Of a DNA stretch of 64,000 nucleotides, positions 25,309-37,039 are shown piece by piece; positions within the stretch are counted from its first letter, which is position 1, and every line of letters begins with the position of its first letter. The stretch is from Camelus dromedarius. Lineage: Eukaryota. Under the pieces are notes generated by a model. It was not told the origin of the DNA. It was given only the letters and a program-made list of their open reading frames with translations, and did no database searches. A program made the position numbers and the translations under genes. The stretch is taken from positions 95,730,001 through 95,794,000 of the forward strand of contig NC_087472.1 of the NCBI RefSeq assembly GCF_036321535.1, in the 5' to 3' direction.

Positions 25309-25690
25309 TGTATTAGTTTCCAGAGCTTTCATAAGAAAGGAGCACAAACTGAGTGGCTTAAAATCACAGAAGTTGACTCTCCACAGTTGTAAAGGCTAGA
25401 AGTATGGAATCAAGATATCAGCAGGGCCTCACTCCTTCAAAGACTCTGGGTAAAATTCTTCCTTTCCTCTTCCCAGTGTCTGATGGTGGCTGCAGCTGCT
25501 TCTGTTGTCACACGGCATTTTCTCCTTTTATAAGGAGATACCAGTCATATTGGATTGGGTCTCACCCTATGACCTCATCTTATCTTGATCACATTTGCAA
25601 AGATCTTATTTCCAAATAAGGTCACATTCCCAGCTACAGAGGGTTAGGAGTTCAACATATCTTTTTGAGGGCCACAGCTCAACCCGTAGC
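25309..25690 (-). mobile_element. MaLR LTR (MLT1A-C type) inserted into L2
   Basis: tgtattagtttc...acaaactgagtggcttaaa...ttatttccaaataaggtcacattc; the flanking aagtat/aagtgt suggests the host L2 tail resumes after it. Confidence 0.8.
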
Positions 25691-26670
25691 AAGTGTCTAC
25701 CAGGTGCCAGGCACTGTTCTAGGCACTGTGGATACTGCAGTAAATAAAAATTTTTAAATTCCCTGCCTTGTGGACCATACATTCTGGAAATAGACAAGAA
25801 GCAACAAATACAAAAAATAAATGCTATAGAAGGTTAAAAAGGAATCAGCCAGTGCAAAGCCACTGGCTGTGGCAAGAGCAGGTGTGGCTTAATCAAGGAA
25901 CAGCAAGGAGACCAGTTATGGGGAGTAAAGTAAGTGAGAAGGGAGTACATCAGGTGATACAGTCAAAGGTCACAGTGGGCAAGATCATGAGAGAGCCCTG
26001 TGGGCCATTTGCAAATACTTCTGCTTTCACTCTGAGAGTAATGGAGACTCACATGATGTGACTTCTGTTTATAAAAGGATTCCTCTGGCTGATGTATTGA
26101 GAAAAGGCTGCTGAGAGTAGAGCAAGGGTGGAGCAAAGAGAGCAGTGCAGAGGCTACCGTGGCCATCCTCATGACAGGTGACAGTGACTCAGACCAGGTA
26201 GCTAAGAGTGGAGGAATAGCCAGATTCTGGATATACCCTGAAGGTAGATAAAGCAATTCCAGGTAGATATAAGCACTGTGGGGAAAATAAAAATAGGGTA
26301 ATGAAAAAGACAGGACTGAGAGGATGCTTTTTTACACTGAGTGGTTAGAGGAGGCTTCTCCAAAGAGGTCATATCAGAGCTGAGACCAAATGATGAGAAG
26401 GAAGCAGCCATGCAAAGCTCCAGGAAAAAACATCCAGCAAAGGAACAGGCCCCAAGATGAGAACGAGCTTAGAATATTAGGGGGACAAAAACTAAAGGCA
26501 AAGGAGTTGGGGGCAGTGAATAAGAGAGACAGTGCTTGAAGAGGAGCTCAGAGAGGTAAGGTAGAGCCACAGTGAGGAGATGAGAATTTATTCTAATTGC
26601 AACGGGAAGCAGTAGCGGGATGTGAAGCAGGGAAATTGTGTGATCTGATTTGCTCTTTTAAAGATAATTC
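25690..26670 (-). mobile_element. L2 LINE fragments
   Basis: ccaggtgccaggcactgttctaggcactg; ggttagaggaggcttctccaaagagg; tgatctgatttgctcttttaaagat. Confidence 0.75.
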
Positions 26671-26674
26671 TTTA

Positions 26675-26905
26675 AATTCATAGAAAGTAGAAGAGAGGTA
26701 CCAAGGGGCTACGGGGAGGAGGGAATGGGCAGTTATTTTTTAATCAGAACAGGTTTCTGTTGGGGATAATGAAAACATTCTGGAGATGGACAGGGGTGAT
26801 GGTTGCACAGCAATGTGAATGTACTTAATGCCACTGAACTGGAGACTCAAAATCAAGTAAAACAGTAAAATTTATGTTATGTGTATTTTAATACGATAGA
26901 AAATA
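26675..26905 (+). mobile_element. L1MB-type 3' end
   Basis: gaaaacattctggagatggacaggggtgatggttgcacagcaatgtgaatgtacttaatgccactgaac. Confidence 0.85.
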
Positions 26906-27289
26906 ACTTTGGTGTAATATTTTTTTAAATTATTCTACACCTGAAACTGACACAACATTGAAAATCAGCTATACTTCAAAAAAAAAGAAAGAAAGTTTAA
27001 AGAAATCATTCTGAGCGCCAAATAGAACACAAACTGTTAGGGAGAAGAAAGAAAACAGGCGGACAGGTAGAAACCAGTCCCGTTGCTGAATCCTACGCAT
27101 TTACGGTCTCTTCCCTCTCTCTTTCCTCCCTCTTCATTACAATACGCAGATATAATTTGACAAAGACCTTTTTGCCTACCCACATCCAGATGTTCCAATG
27201 GAAATTTTAAGATGTCGACACGCCAAAGTCACAGTAAGTTAGGAAGTAGCTTCCTCACTTCTGCCTACAGCTGATCGACATGAAACAGT

Positions 27290-27570
27290 TTTGAATTCCT
27301 AAGACTCCAGAGAGAGAAAGTCCACAGCTGCCTGAGGAATCCACTCCAGAGTCTACCAGCCTTTGCTGTGAGGAAACATGTTCAGTGTATCTTAACTAAA
27401 TCCCTGTGATTACACTTTAAGACCATGTCCTCTTATTCTCGTCTCCCTGAGCTGAGAGACAGCTGGTTTCCATCCTTTGCAAAATAAGGCTCTCTATGCT
27501 TACAGATTTCTGTTAATTCCTCGTCTTCAGGCTAAACAGTCTCAATTAATTTAAACTTTCCTTTTATAAA
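27290..27570 (-). mobile_element. CR1/L3 LINE fragment (ancient)
   Basis: aagactccag...gtgaggaaac...cttaactaaatccc...ccatgtcctcttattct...ttcaggctaaacagtc resembles antisense CR1/L3. Confidence 0.5.
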
Positions 27571-28237
27571 ACCTCTCTCAAAATGTTCCACCTTCACATT
27601 TAAATTGTTCGTAACTGGATACGGTCCTCTCTGAAGCATAGGAAGAACAAAAATATGTAAGATTGGGGTAAAGGAAACATAATTATAAAGAATTATGGAC
27701 AGCCAGCACAAATGTCAAATTTTCAGTTTCATCAGCATCATTAACAGTTATTTTTTGAAGCTATCACCTTTTAAGTTAATTAATAAATACACGGTTGTTA
27801 TGAATTTCAGATGATCATAGATAATTGCACTACACAATTCACCAAATACTGTTTATCTTCCGGAACCAACAAAATATAGAGAAAACAGAGCAAATGGTAA
27901 ATGCCACCAACTTCACCCGTGTAACAATGGTTAAATATTCCATTTCAGTGGCGAATGAAGAAACACTCACCTATATAACAATGCTCAAATTACAAAGAGC
28001 AATGGCAATTAGCCCTGAGTTGCTAAACTCGAGCAGATTCATATGACAGAGAATGTGTAATGTCACACCAACAAGTCTTTGTAAGGTGCACAATTACAAT
28101 AGTATTGAAATTTGGATCTGTTACTGCTAGCTTATTTTTTAAAATCCCCAGGCTCCATATAATTGATTTTCTAAACTTTTTACAGTATTTCTCTAACATT
28201 CTTTTCTACACTAGACCATGTGTATATGTTAAAGGAG

Positions 28238-28746
28238 CAGCAGTTCTCAAAATTTTTGGTTTCAAGACCCCCGAAGTTCATAAAAATTACTGAGAACTCT
28301 CAAGACGTTTTGGTTATATGGGTTATATCTATTGATATTTACCACATTAGAAATGAAAACTGAGAACTTTTAAATTATTTACCAATTCATTTAAAAATAT
28401 CAATAGACCCATTACATGTTAATATACAAATAACATTTTGTGAAGTAGCTATACTTGCAAAACAAAAATAGTGAGACAACTGGCATTGTTTCAGATTTTT
28501 GCATGTCTCTTTAATATCTGATTTCATAGGATAAAACTGTTTCATATATTTGCTTCTGTATTCAGTCTGTTGAGATATCAAGCATCATACAGCCTCTAGA
28601 AACCTCCACTCTATACTCAAGATAAAACAAAAATTAAAAAAAAAGAGTTCCTTAATATTACTATGAAAATAGTTTTTATCTTGTATATCCCCTGAAGAGG
28701 TCTTGTGAACCCCTTGGGTCCCTGGACCACACTTTAAGAATCACGG
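28238..28746 (-). mobile_element. hAT-Charlie (Charlie1-type), opposite orientation to the 16566 copy
   Basis: cagcagttctcaaaatttttgg...ggtccctggaccacactttaagaatcac; its left part resembles the reverse complement of the end of the 16566 element. Confidence 0.8.
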
Positions 28747-29153
28747 TTAGTAGAGGTTGAAATTATTCTGAGGAAACCGAAATTAGTAAGGTCAACACCT
28801 AAAGATTCTGTATCAGGGAGAGCAAAGAGAAAGTAAACTATATCTCTTAGTGAAATATCCTGCACTTTAATCCATGCTAATCATATCAAATCCAGAAGCA
28901 ATAAAGCTTAAATAAGACAGCCCCTGATCACCAAGTGTTACTAGCATTATCTTCATTTCCTTATTTCATCTTGACAGTTAGCTTCCACTGGATTAAAGAG
29001 AAACCATCCTGTCTCTGAGGGTGTACAACTTGGCTCCCAGACTTCCTTCAGCCTACTGTATTCTTCTTGTTTTTCTCCCCATCCTTGTTTCTAGAAGCCC
29101 AAACACAAATGGGCTACAAGGCATCAGGGCAAGGAAGGCTCCATTTGAGATAC

Positions 29154-29210
29154 ACCATTTAAGCAGATCTTATTCAGCCCCAGGGAAATTTACATAACTT
29201 GATCTTTTCT
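29154..29210. repeat. Duplicated block X, copy 1
   Basis: 57 bp with 5 mismatches to 30415-30471. Confidence 0.9.
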
Positions 29211-29898
29211 GGACCTGAAACCAAAATCCTGTCTTCTCAGAGAAGGCTACAAATGTTATACAAAGTATCTGTCTCATAATATAGAACAAAGCATGCCACT
29301 CTCCTGTAACCCTAAGATAATATTTATTTTGAGACTCAATGTTTAGTAGCTAGTTAGTTGAGTATTTGTTAGAGAAAATGGGAAAATTTATGTGAGCTCT
29401 TATTTTACCCTTTTCTCTTTTACCCCTTCATACTGATCTATTAGGAGAAATGTGTGTGTTGGAGGTAAGCAGTATATTAATTTATTGAAAGAAAAGAAAA
29501 AACGTCATTAATCCCACTTCTACTCATAAAAACGGTAGTTATTTGGCTCTTGGGAAATATTTATCCTTTTCTGACTATATACCCAAGAAATGTCAAACAA
29601 AAATAGCTTAATTGGCCCAATCCAGGGACTAAATCTCTGTGAACAAAGCCCTATTCTTGTTGGGGATTCCAGAACAATTCCTACAAAATTAAATCGGAAT
29701 ATATGCTTATATTTGTATCTTTCACCCTTTGTAACTGGAAGGAGAAAACTGGTTAGTTCTGTCTTATACTGGAACATGTATTATAACCAAACATGGTTTA
29801 TAAATACAAAAGCAACAAATGTCTTTATTTTTTTTTAAATAAAAAGAGCCCTAGGGCTTCGCCCTTGGATAAGATATCACTAGGGACATTTTTTTTTT

Positions 29899-30051
29899 AA
29901 TTCAGTGAAATACTCAAATAGCAAGTGTCAGGATATTGTATATCCACCCAGTTGGTAAAATAAGTCAGTTAATTTGGCAGGTGAGTATTAAGTAATCATG
30001 CTGTCAGAATCGGGTGAGTATCAAAGGGAGAAAGACAAACACTGAACAAAG
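29899..30051. repeat. Duplicated block Y, copy 1
   Basis: About 153 bp with about 15 mismatches and 2 gaps versus 35898-36050 (manual alignment). Confidence 0.95.
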
Positions 30052-30414
30052 GAGGAAAAATAAAATAAGTAGCAGATTATCAAATAAGTAAATAAAAATG
30101 AGAACTTCTCAATGCTCTTTTGTATTCCTCATAAACCAGTTAAACCCTGCAGACCTTTTCCGTCCTGTTCGGGAGTCAGGAAAGCAATGTGGGTGTGAGG
30201 AAACTATGGCAGGACTGCTGGTGAACTGTGCTGTTGAGGGATTTTCAAAGGTTTCAGAAAAGAAAGGCCTGGTCCCTTTAAGAATTAAAACCTGGTCTCT
30301 GTCAAGCAGAGAGTTGCAGAATGGCAAGGAAGCCTGGTTCTCCATACATTAGCTTTTCTCCTAAAAGAGAGAGCTGAATTAGAAGCATAGTTGCCAGAAA
30401 AGCCCTGAATAGAG

Positions 30415-30471
30415 ACCATTTAAGCAGATTTTATTCAGGCCCAGAGAAATTCACATAACTTGGTCTTTTCT
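30415..30471. repeat. Duplicated block X, copy 2
   Basis: Direct repeat of 29154-29210. Confidence 0.9.
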
Positions 30472-31203
30472 CACTTCTTAAAACAAAAAATGTATTCGTA
30501 AGTGTACTGAAACCACCCCCCAGCCTGGGGGGCAAGGAGGGAGCCTTATTTATCTGTGAAACTTACCAGTGCTTTGCCCAAGGCTGGGCACATGGTAGGC
30601 TCTCCATACATGTTTGTGGGATCAAAAGAAAAGATAACATAACGTCTCTTACACTCTATCCACTTTTAGTTGTTACCATTCTTTTTTGTTCCGCAAGAAA
30701 TAGTGATTTCAGGCCTTTTCTGAGGCTGATGCCACGTTCCGTTTCCTAAAAAAAAAGTGGCGAGCCTGAATAGAATTATATGGTAGAACTGAAAGGGATA
30801 GTTGAGATCACTGCATGATAAACCTCTTTCTTTATAGATGAGGAAACTAAGGCCCAAAGAGGTTAATAGATTTGCCTAACATGGCCTAACTAGTTAATGG
30901 CAGAGCCAAGATCAACCCAGACTCCTAATCTTCCCATATAGCATCAAAGAGAGCTGAGATAATGAACCTGGATCCATGGATGAGCCTTAGGAAGTCCAAA
31001 ACCCTGCCTAGTAGTGTATATACATAAAATTCCATGTTCATGGTATCTGTGGGGGAGAGGGTCCAAAGATGTCACTTGATTTTCAAAGAGGTATGTGGCC
31101 CTCAAAACTGTTAAGAACCCCAGTCTCAAAGGGAGAGTCATTAGGGAATGATAGGGAGTCATTTAATGCCATTGCTCCCGTGTTGCGAGGAGCTGAGATC
31201 AGA

Positions 31204-31437
31204 TTTTTTTTAATGTTTAATTTTCATTTATTTTTATTTTTTAACTTTTTAAATTTTTATATAATTTTTAAAGGTTATTTTACTTTCCATTTATTGTTAC
31301 TACAAAATATTATATTCCCCGTGTTGTACAGTACATCCTTCAGCCTGTCATACCCAATAACTTGTGCCTCCCACTACCCACCCCTATATTGCCCCTCTCA
31401 CCCCTCCCCACTGGTAACCACCAGCCTGTTTTCTATA
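31204..31437 (-). mobile_element. L1 3' end
   Basis: T-rich tail, ttccccgtgttgtacagtacatcc, ctggtaaccacc; TSD tgagatcaga at 31194-31203 and 31438-31447. Confidence 0.85.
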
Positions 31438-31603
31438 TGAGATCAGAATTTGTTATAACAAGTTCCTCTGAGAGCCTCAGCAGGCAGAACAACAAGCTAC
31501 AACAAGACTCATGAAAGCTCAGGCTCTGCAGTGTGTGAAAGGGCTAAAATTCCTCCTTAAAGCAAAATAAGAACATTAAAAGGTAGATTAGAAAGTGGCC
31601 AGT

Positions 31604-33018
31604 ATTATCCAGCAATCCCACCCCTGGGTATATATCTGGAAAAAACAAAAATTCTAATTCAAAAAGATATGTGCACCCCAATATTCATAGCCCTGCTATT
31701 CACAATAGCTGAGACACGGAAGCAACCCAAGTGCCCATCAACAAACCATCAGTTTAAGAAGATGTGGTATATATACAATGGAATATTACTCACCCATAAA
31801 AAAGAATGAAATACTGCCATTTGCAACAAGATGGATGGACCTAGAGAATATTAGTGAAGTAAGTCATTCAGAGAAAGATAAATACTACATGATATCACTT
31901 ATATGTGAAATCTAAAAAAATAATAAAATGAATCTATATACAAAACACAGACTCACAGACTTAGAAAACTAACAACCCCACACTCGTGGTCACTCTCCCT
32001 TGTCTTCTGAGATGGCCCACACTCTGTCTATGGAGTGTGTATCTCCGTGAATAAATCTATCTTCATTCTACTTTGGCTTGCTCTTGAATTCTTTCCTGCA
32101 TGAAGCGAAGGACCCTCACTTTGCAAGGCACATCCCAGGGACGTGGAACACAACTATCCTCTCACACTCCATTTTCCTGCAACAGTTTAACAAGCAAAAA
32201 TCAACTGATGCAATATGTCACTTTAAACAGAACAAAAGACAAAAACCACATGGTCATCTCAGCTGACATAGAAAAAGCACTTGACAAAATCCAGCACTCT
32301 TTCATAATTTAAAAAAAAAAAAAGCTTAACAAACTAGGAATAGAAGGGAACTTCTTCAAGCTGAAAAAGGCTACATATGAAAACCCCAGAATTAACATCA
32401 TACCTACTGGTAAAAGTCTGAAAGCTTTCCCTCTGAGATCAAGAACAAGACAAGGGTACCCACTTTTGCTACTTCTATTCAACATTGCAGTGGAGGTTCT
32501 AATGAGGGCAATTAGGAAAGGGAGTGGGGAGGGAGAAATAATAGGACAAAAGGTATCCATATTGGGAAGAAGAAGCAAAATTATCTCTATGTTTGATACT
32601 TCTGAGGAATCATCTACACGGTGATGGGGTGGGTACAGGCACAAATGGAAGAAGACTGACCATGAGCTAAGAGTTATTGAAGTTAGCTGATGGATACATT
32701 TTTTTCCTCTATTTTTACATGTGTTTAAAATTTTGTATAATATTTTTTTAATCTTAAAAAAAAAAACTTATGGTTATCAAAGGGGAGAGGGAGGGACAAA
32801 TTAGGAATATGAGATTAACAGATACAAATCACTATACATAAAATAGATAAGCATCAAGGATTTTTTTGTATAGCACATGGAATTATATTTAATACCTTAT
32901 AATAACTTAGAATATAATCAGAAAAAAATAACTGAATCACTGTACTGTATACCTGAAAACTAACACAGTATTGTAAATCAACTATACTTCAATTTAAAAA
33001 AATAAAAATAAAAAAAAT
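31604..33018 (+). mobile_element. L1 3' region split by a roughly 790-bp passenger insertion
   Basis: L1 sequence ccagcaatcccacccctggg...acagacttagaaaac stops near 31973 and resumes at aaacttatggtt (about 32764), running to an A tail at 33018. Confidence 0.85.
31974..32182 (+). mobile_element. ERV LTR 3' part (R-U5)
   Basis: ggagtgtgtatctcc...AATAAA...cttgaattctttcctgcatgaagc..., ending in ...tgcaaca. Confidence 0.6.
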
Positions 33019-34254
33019 TTTTAAGTAGCTGGTAACAGTTGGTACTCAATGTGACAACCGCACCACATTTGGATATTTGGTATTTGGATTCCTTTAAACT
33101 TTACTAAAAATTATTTGACCTTGTGTACATATTTATTAATTACAGACTATTTACCCAGGTATTGATGCAGCTAACATACGGTAAGAGAGGATAATGGATG
33201 GGCCTCTTCAAGGAGGGATTCTCAAAGAAAGGAGCTTGCCCAATACAAAACAAATATATGGTAAGGTGCTTAAAAAAATAAATAAGGTAAAGCTGGGAGG
33301 TATAAAAATGATACAATCATATACTAACTATTGGATTTAAGTTAAAACACAAATGTACATTTATTTGCTAATATTCTGATGAAAGGTCAAAGCCTTTGAG
33401 GACAGGCCTGCTAACTGCATAAACCACATCCATAATGGACCATCAATGATTCCAAGTACTGTTTCTTCAGAGTGGATTGAGAACTCAAAGATCCTTATGA
33501 GGCAATCTTAGTGGAAAACCTCTGAAAAATTTAATTTTTCCCGTCTTTTACAGTTGCCTCCCCATACTTAATGTGTTAATAACTGTTTTAGCAACTCCTA
33601 TTTATTGAGTCTTATGAACATATTCAACCTAATTTTCATAGAAACATTATACTCATAGTTCACCCATTCAGTTAACATTTAATTAAATAATTATATCATT
33701 TACAATAAATTATATCATTTACACGACTAACTACAACCGGCATAAACAGGCTGGGGAACAAACACAACTGTCTCTGTTAAGCATAGAGTTCATTCAGTAG
33801 GATCAGAAGTGAAGAGCAGCATACAAACTGCAAGTGTAGTATTCAGCATGCTGTGGGCATCAGTAACTATGGTTTATAGATGAAATGGAGAACAGCAGTT
33901 CCTCCAGCAACATAATTAAGTCCAGATCAATTAAGAAAGCTTCTATTGTTCATTGTCAGTCACAGGGTCTTGGCCTCAGTTTTGGTATTTCAAAATAAGG
34001 GCTTTTACCAATTGAGAGATGGATTCACACTCATCAAAAATAAAGCAACTGAGCTATAAACCATAATGCAAATGTGTTCTCTTATGCTGTGTTGAACCCT
34101 GATATCTAAGGCTGCAGTGTCTATCCCATGGCTTCCTTTCCCCCTACCCTACTCCTACCCTTGACATTAACCTGATGTTCTAAAACCTACAGCATACAGA
34201 ATTGGTGGGGACAAACGTTGAGTATCTCAAAAAGTCTTTCTATACAGGGATGAA

Positions 34255-34505
34255 GGGTAGGCATCGTGATTAAGAGCACAGGTTTTGCAGTTAGACCTAA
34301 GTCCCATCCCAGATCCGAAACTTACCAGCTTAAGCAAATCACTAAAATTCTCTAAGCCTAGGTTTTTCCATCCTTGAAACACAAGTTACAATACCAACAT
34401 TTACTTTGTAGCATTATTATGAAGGTTGAATAAGACAAAGAACTAAAGCACCTAGCATAGTCCCTGGCACGTATTAAGTACTCACTTTATGGTAGTTATT
34501 TTTAC
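34255..34505 (+). mobile_element. MIR
   Basis: taagagcacaggttttgcagttagac; taaagcacctagcatagtccctggcac. Confidence 0.7.
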
Positions 34506-34674
34506 TACTAATAAGAATGCAGGCTGAATCTGAGAAGAAAAGTTAATGTGACAACACCTTGTCTGTCACCCAAAGCAATAGTCCCCAATTTGATTTCACT
34601 GATTTTCAAGGATAATGACTAACACATAATATTTAACCCTTAGGCTCTGAGAATGTGGCACAAACACATACACA

Positions 34675-35340
34675 ATGATGCAACCATGATGGACAGCAAT
34701 CTGGTAGAATTTAATCAAAGTACTCATGTACCCTAAGATCCAGCAATCCTACTCCTGGGCATATGTCCCAGAGAAATTCACATACAGCCCAAAAAGGGAC
34801 ATTCATGATGAGTGTTATTTGTGGTAAAGGAAGTTGGAGCAACCTAAGTGTCCATCACTGGGGTATAATGGATAAACAGAATGTGAAGGATGCACGCTGT
34901 AGTGTATCACGTGGCAGTTAGAAACAACAACGTTGATGGACACAACAACATGGATAGATACTGAGGACATCGTCCTCAATGAAAAAAAAATTAAGAAACA
35001 TATTAAGTTTTTGGGCAAACTAATAACATAAATTTTAAAACATACCCACACTACTGTATAGCACAGGGAACTATATTCAATTTCTTGTAATGAGCTGTAA
35101 TGAACATCTGAAAAAAAAATGTATACACATGTATAACTGAATTGCTTTGCTGTACACCTGAAACTAACATTGTATATCTACTCCACTTTAATAAAAAAAT
35201 TTTAATTGAAAAACACGTACCTACAATATAACTTTACATAGTCTATAAGGTTATTCTTATATAACCTACATAATTCTGATACATACAAATTTGAATATAC
35301 ACATTAGATACACTGGAATCATTGCCAGTGGGGGCAGGGA
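34675..35340 (+). mobile_element. Old L1ME 3' region with a young L1 tail nested at about 35051-35210
   Basis: gatccagcaatcctactcctgg; nested tactgtatagcacagggaactatattcaa...aataaaaaaa. Confidence 0.75.
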
Positions 35341-35897
35341 GAGGAGGAAAGAGTGAGGAGCGGAGGTAAAACGGAAGGAAGGAATGAAGCATCAAGGAAG
35401 GGAAGGAGGGATAGAAGGAGGAAGGGGAGTCTTGTGTGTTTCAACGATAATAGTGTGTTCTATACGGGGGACTATAACTCAGCCCTTCAATGTAATAAAT
35501 AAACAAACAAACAGTACCACCAGATGGTTGTCAGTAACGCTTGGTTGGTACAATAAACTTGGGAGCATTTCAAAACCAAATGTTTGGAAACTAAAGGAGT
35601 ATGTTCTGTTTTCAAATAACTGAACTACTCTGCTCTTCACACTGCTCATTTGGCCAAATGCCCTTTCCTCTTCCGTTGTAAACATCCCAACTTGGAGAAA
35701 TGAAAAGGGAGTTTAGAAAGTGAGGCAGAATGAAGAAAATTATTAATTTTAATATTAACCTTTTAACTGTCACTGAACTAAAGTCAAAGAGCAAGAAAGA
35801 GAAGATATACTGTGATGCATACTTTAATACAAAACAGTCCAATTACCAATATTTGAATGCTTGCACCATTATTTATTCATCATGGACAAACAAAAAA

Positions 35898-36050
35898 AAT
35901 TCAGTAAAATACTCCAAGAGCACGTGTCAAGGTATTATATATCCACCAGTTGGTAAAATAAGTCAGTTAATTTGGCAGGTAAGGATTAAGTAATCACGCT
36001 GTCAAATTCGGGTGAGTATCTAAAGGAGAAAAGACAAAGACTGAACAAAG
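35898..36050. repeat. Duplicated block Y, copy 2
   Basis: Direct repeat of 29899-30051, sharing an identical 35-bp core ccagttggtaaaataagtcagttaatttggcaggt. Confidence 0.95.
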
Positions 36051-37039
36051 CAGGGGGGGAAATTATAGAAAAGAAATAAGAAGGGGGCCAAAAATAGGCA
36101 TAAGAAGAAAATAAATACAGGGTGACAGGTTCAACAGTGGGATGGATGTCTCCATTCCATCACACAGAGACACTTCAAAGTGACACCAGTGGAGCTGAGG
36201 GGTTTTATCTACCAGAGAGAGGCTGTTAATAAAGGTGAATTATGGATTTAAGTGGTATTTTGATGTCAGCTTTCTCCATGTATCTTAATGCATTAATTGC
36301 CCTACAATATGTTGGGCAGCAGACATAACACTCACAGAGACACTAACCAGGGTTCTCTCCTCACTGCTTGGACCAGGGGTTGGCGAACTTTTTCTGAAAA
36401 GGACCAGATAGTAAACATCAGGGCTTTGCAGGCCAACGATGAGGGCATGGTTCATCAGACATTCCCTCTCTGTTTGACCAGCTATTGTTTTCTCAACTCA
36501 TATTTTCCTCTTATGTCTGTGTTGTGTCCTTTGTCTTTTATAAGAGGGAGGTGATCAATGTCAGAGATGAAAAACAGACGTAGATGATAGCAAGTACTCC
36601 CTCTTCTGGCATCTCCTTTCCACCAACGTCAGTTCTCTCTCTGTCCTCAGTCTGCTGGTTCTTCATTTCCCAGACCTTTACTCCAATCACTTGGCTTGCA
36701 GGTGCCCTGTTCCTAGGAGTTGGTCTCTGACTTTTTTAAGAGGACAAGTCCTCTAGGAAACAAGGGTAAGGAAGTACCTACTAAGAGGTCTCAATATGGC
36801 CCCAACTCCCCTCTTTCTCTTCCCCTTACAACCAATCCATCAGCAAATTCAGCAAATACATTCCAAATATATCCAGAATCACCATCTCATCCCTCTGTTG
36901 TAATAACCCTATTGCAAATTACCATCATTCCTTGCCTGAACAATGTGTAATAAACTCCCATTGGGTCCCTGCTTCAGCCCTTGCTCCACTATACCTATAC
37001 ACATAGTTTATGCTTCATATATACCTCACCTTTTAATGT

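Noticed and set aside
35730..35993. 87-aa ORF crossing block Y copy 2
   Set aside because: Some differences between copies are synonymous in this frame, but copy 1 has a frameshift and stop, and copy 2 lacks a + strand acceptor.
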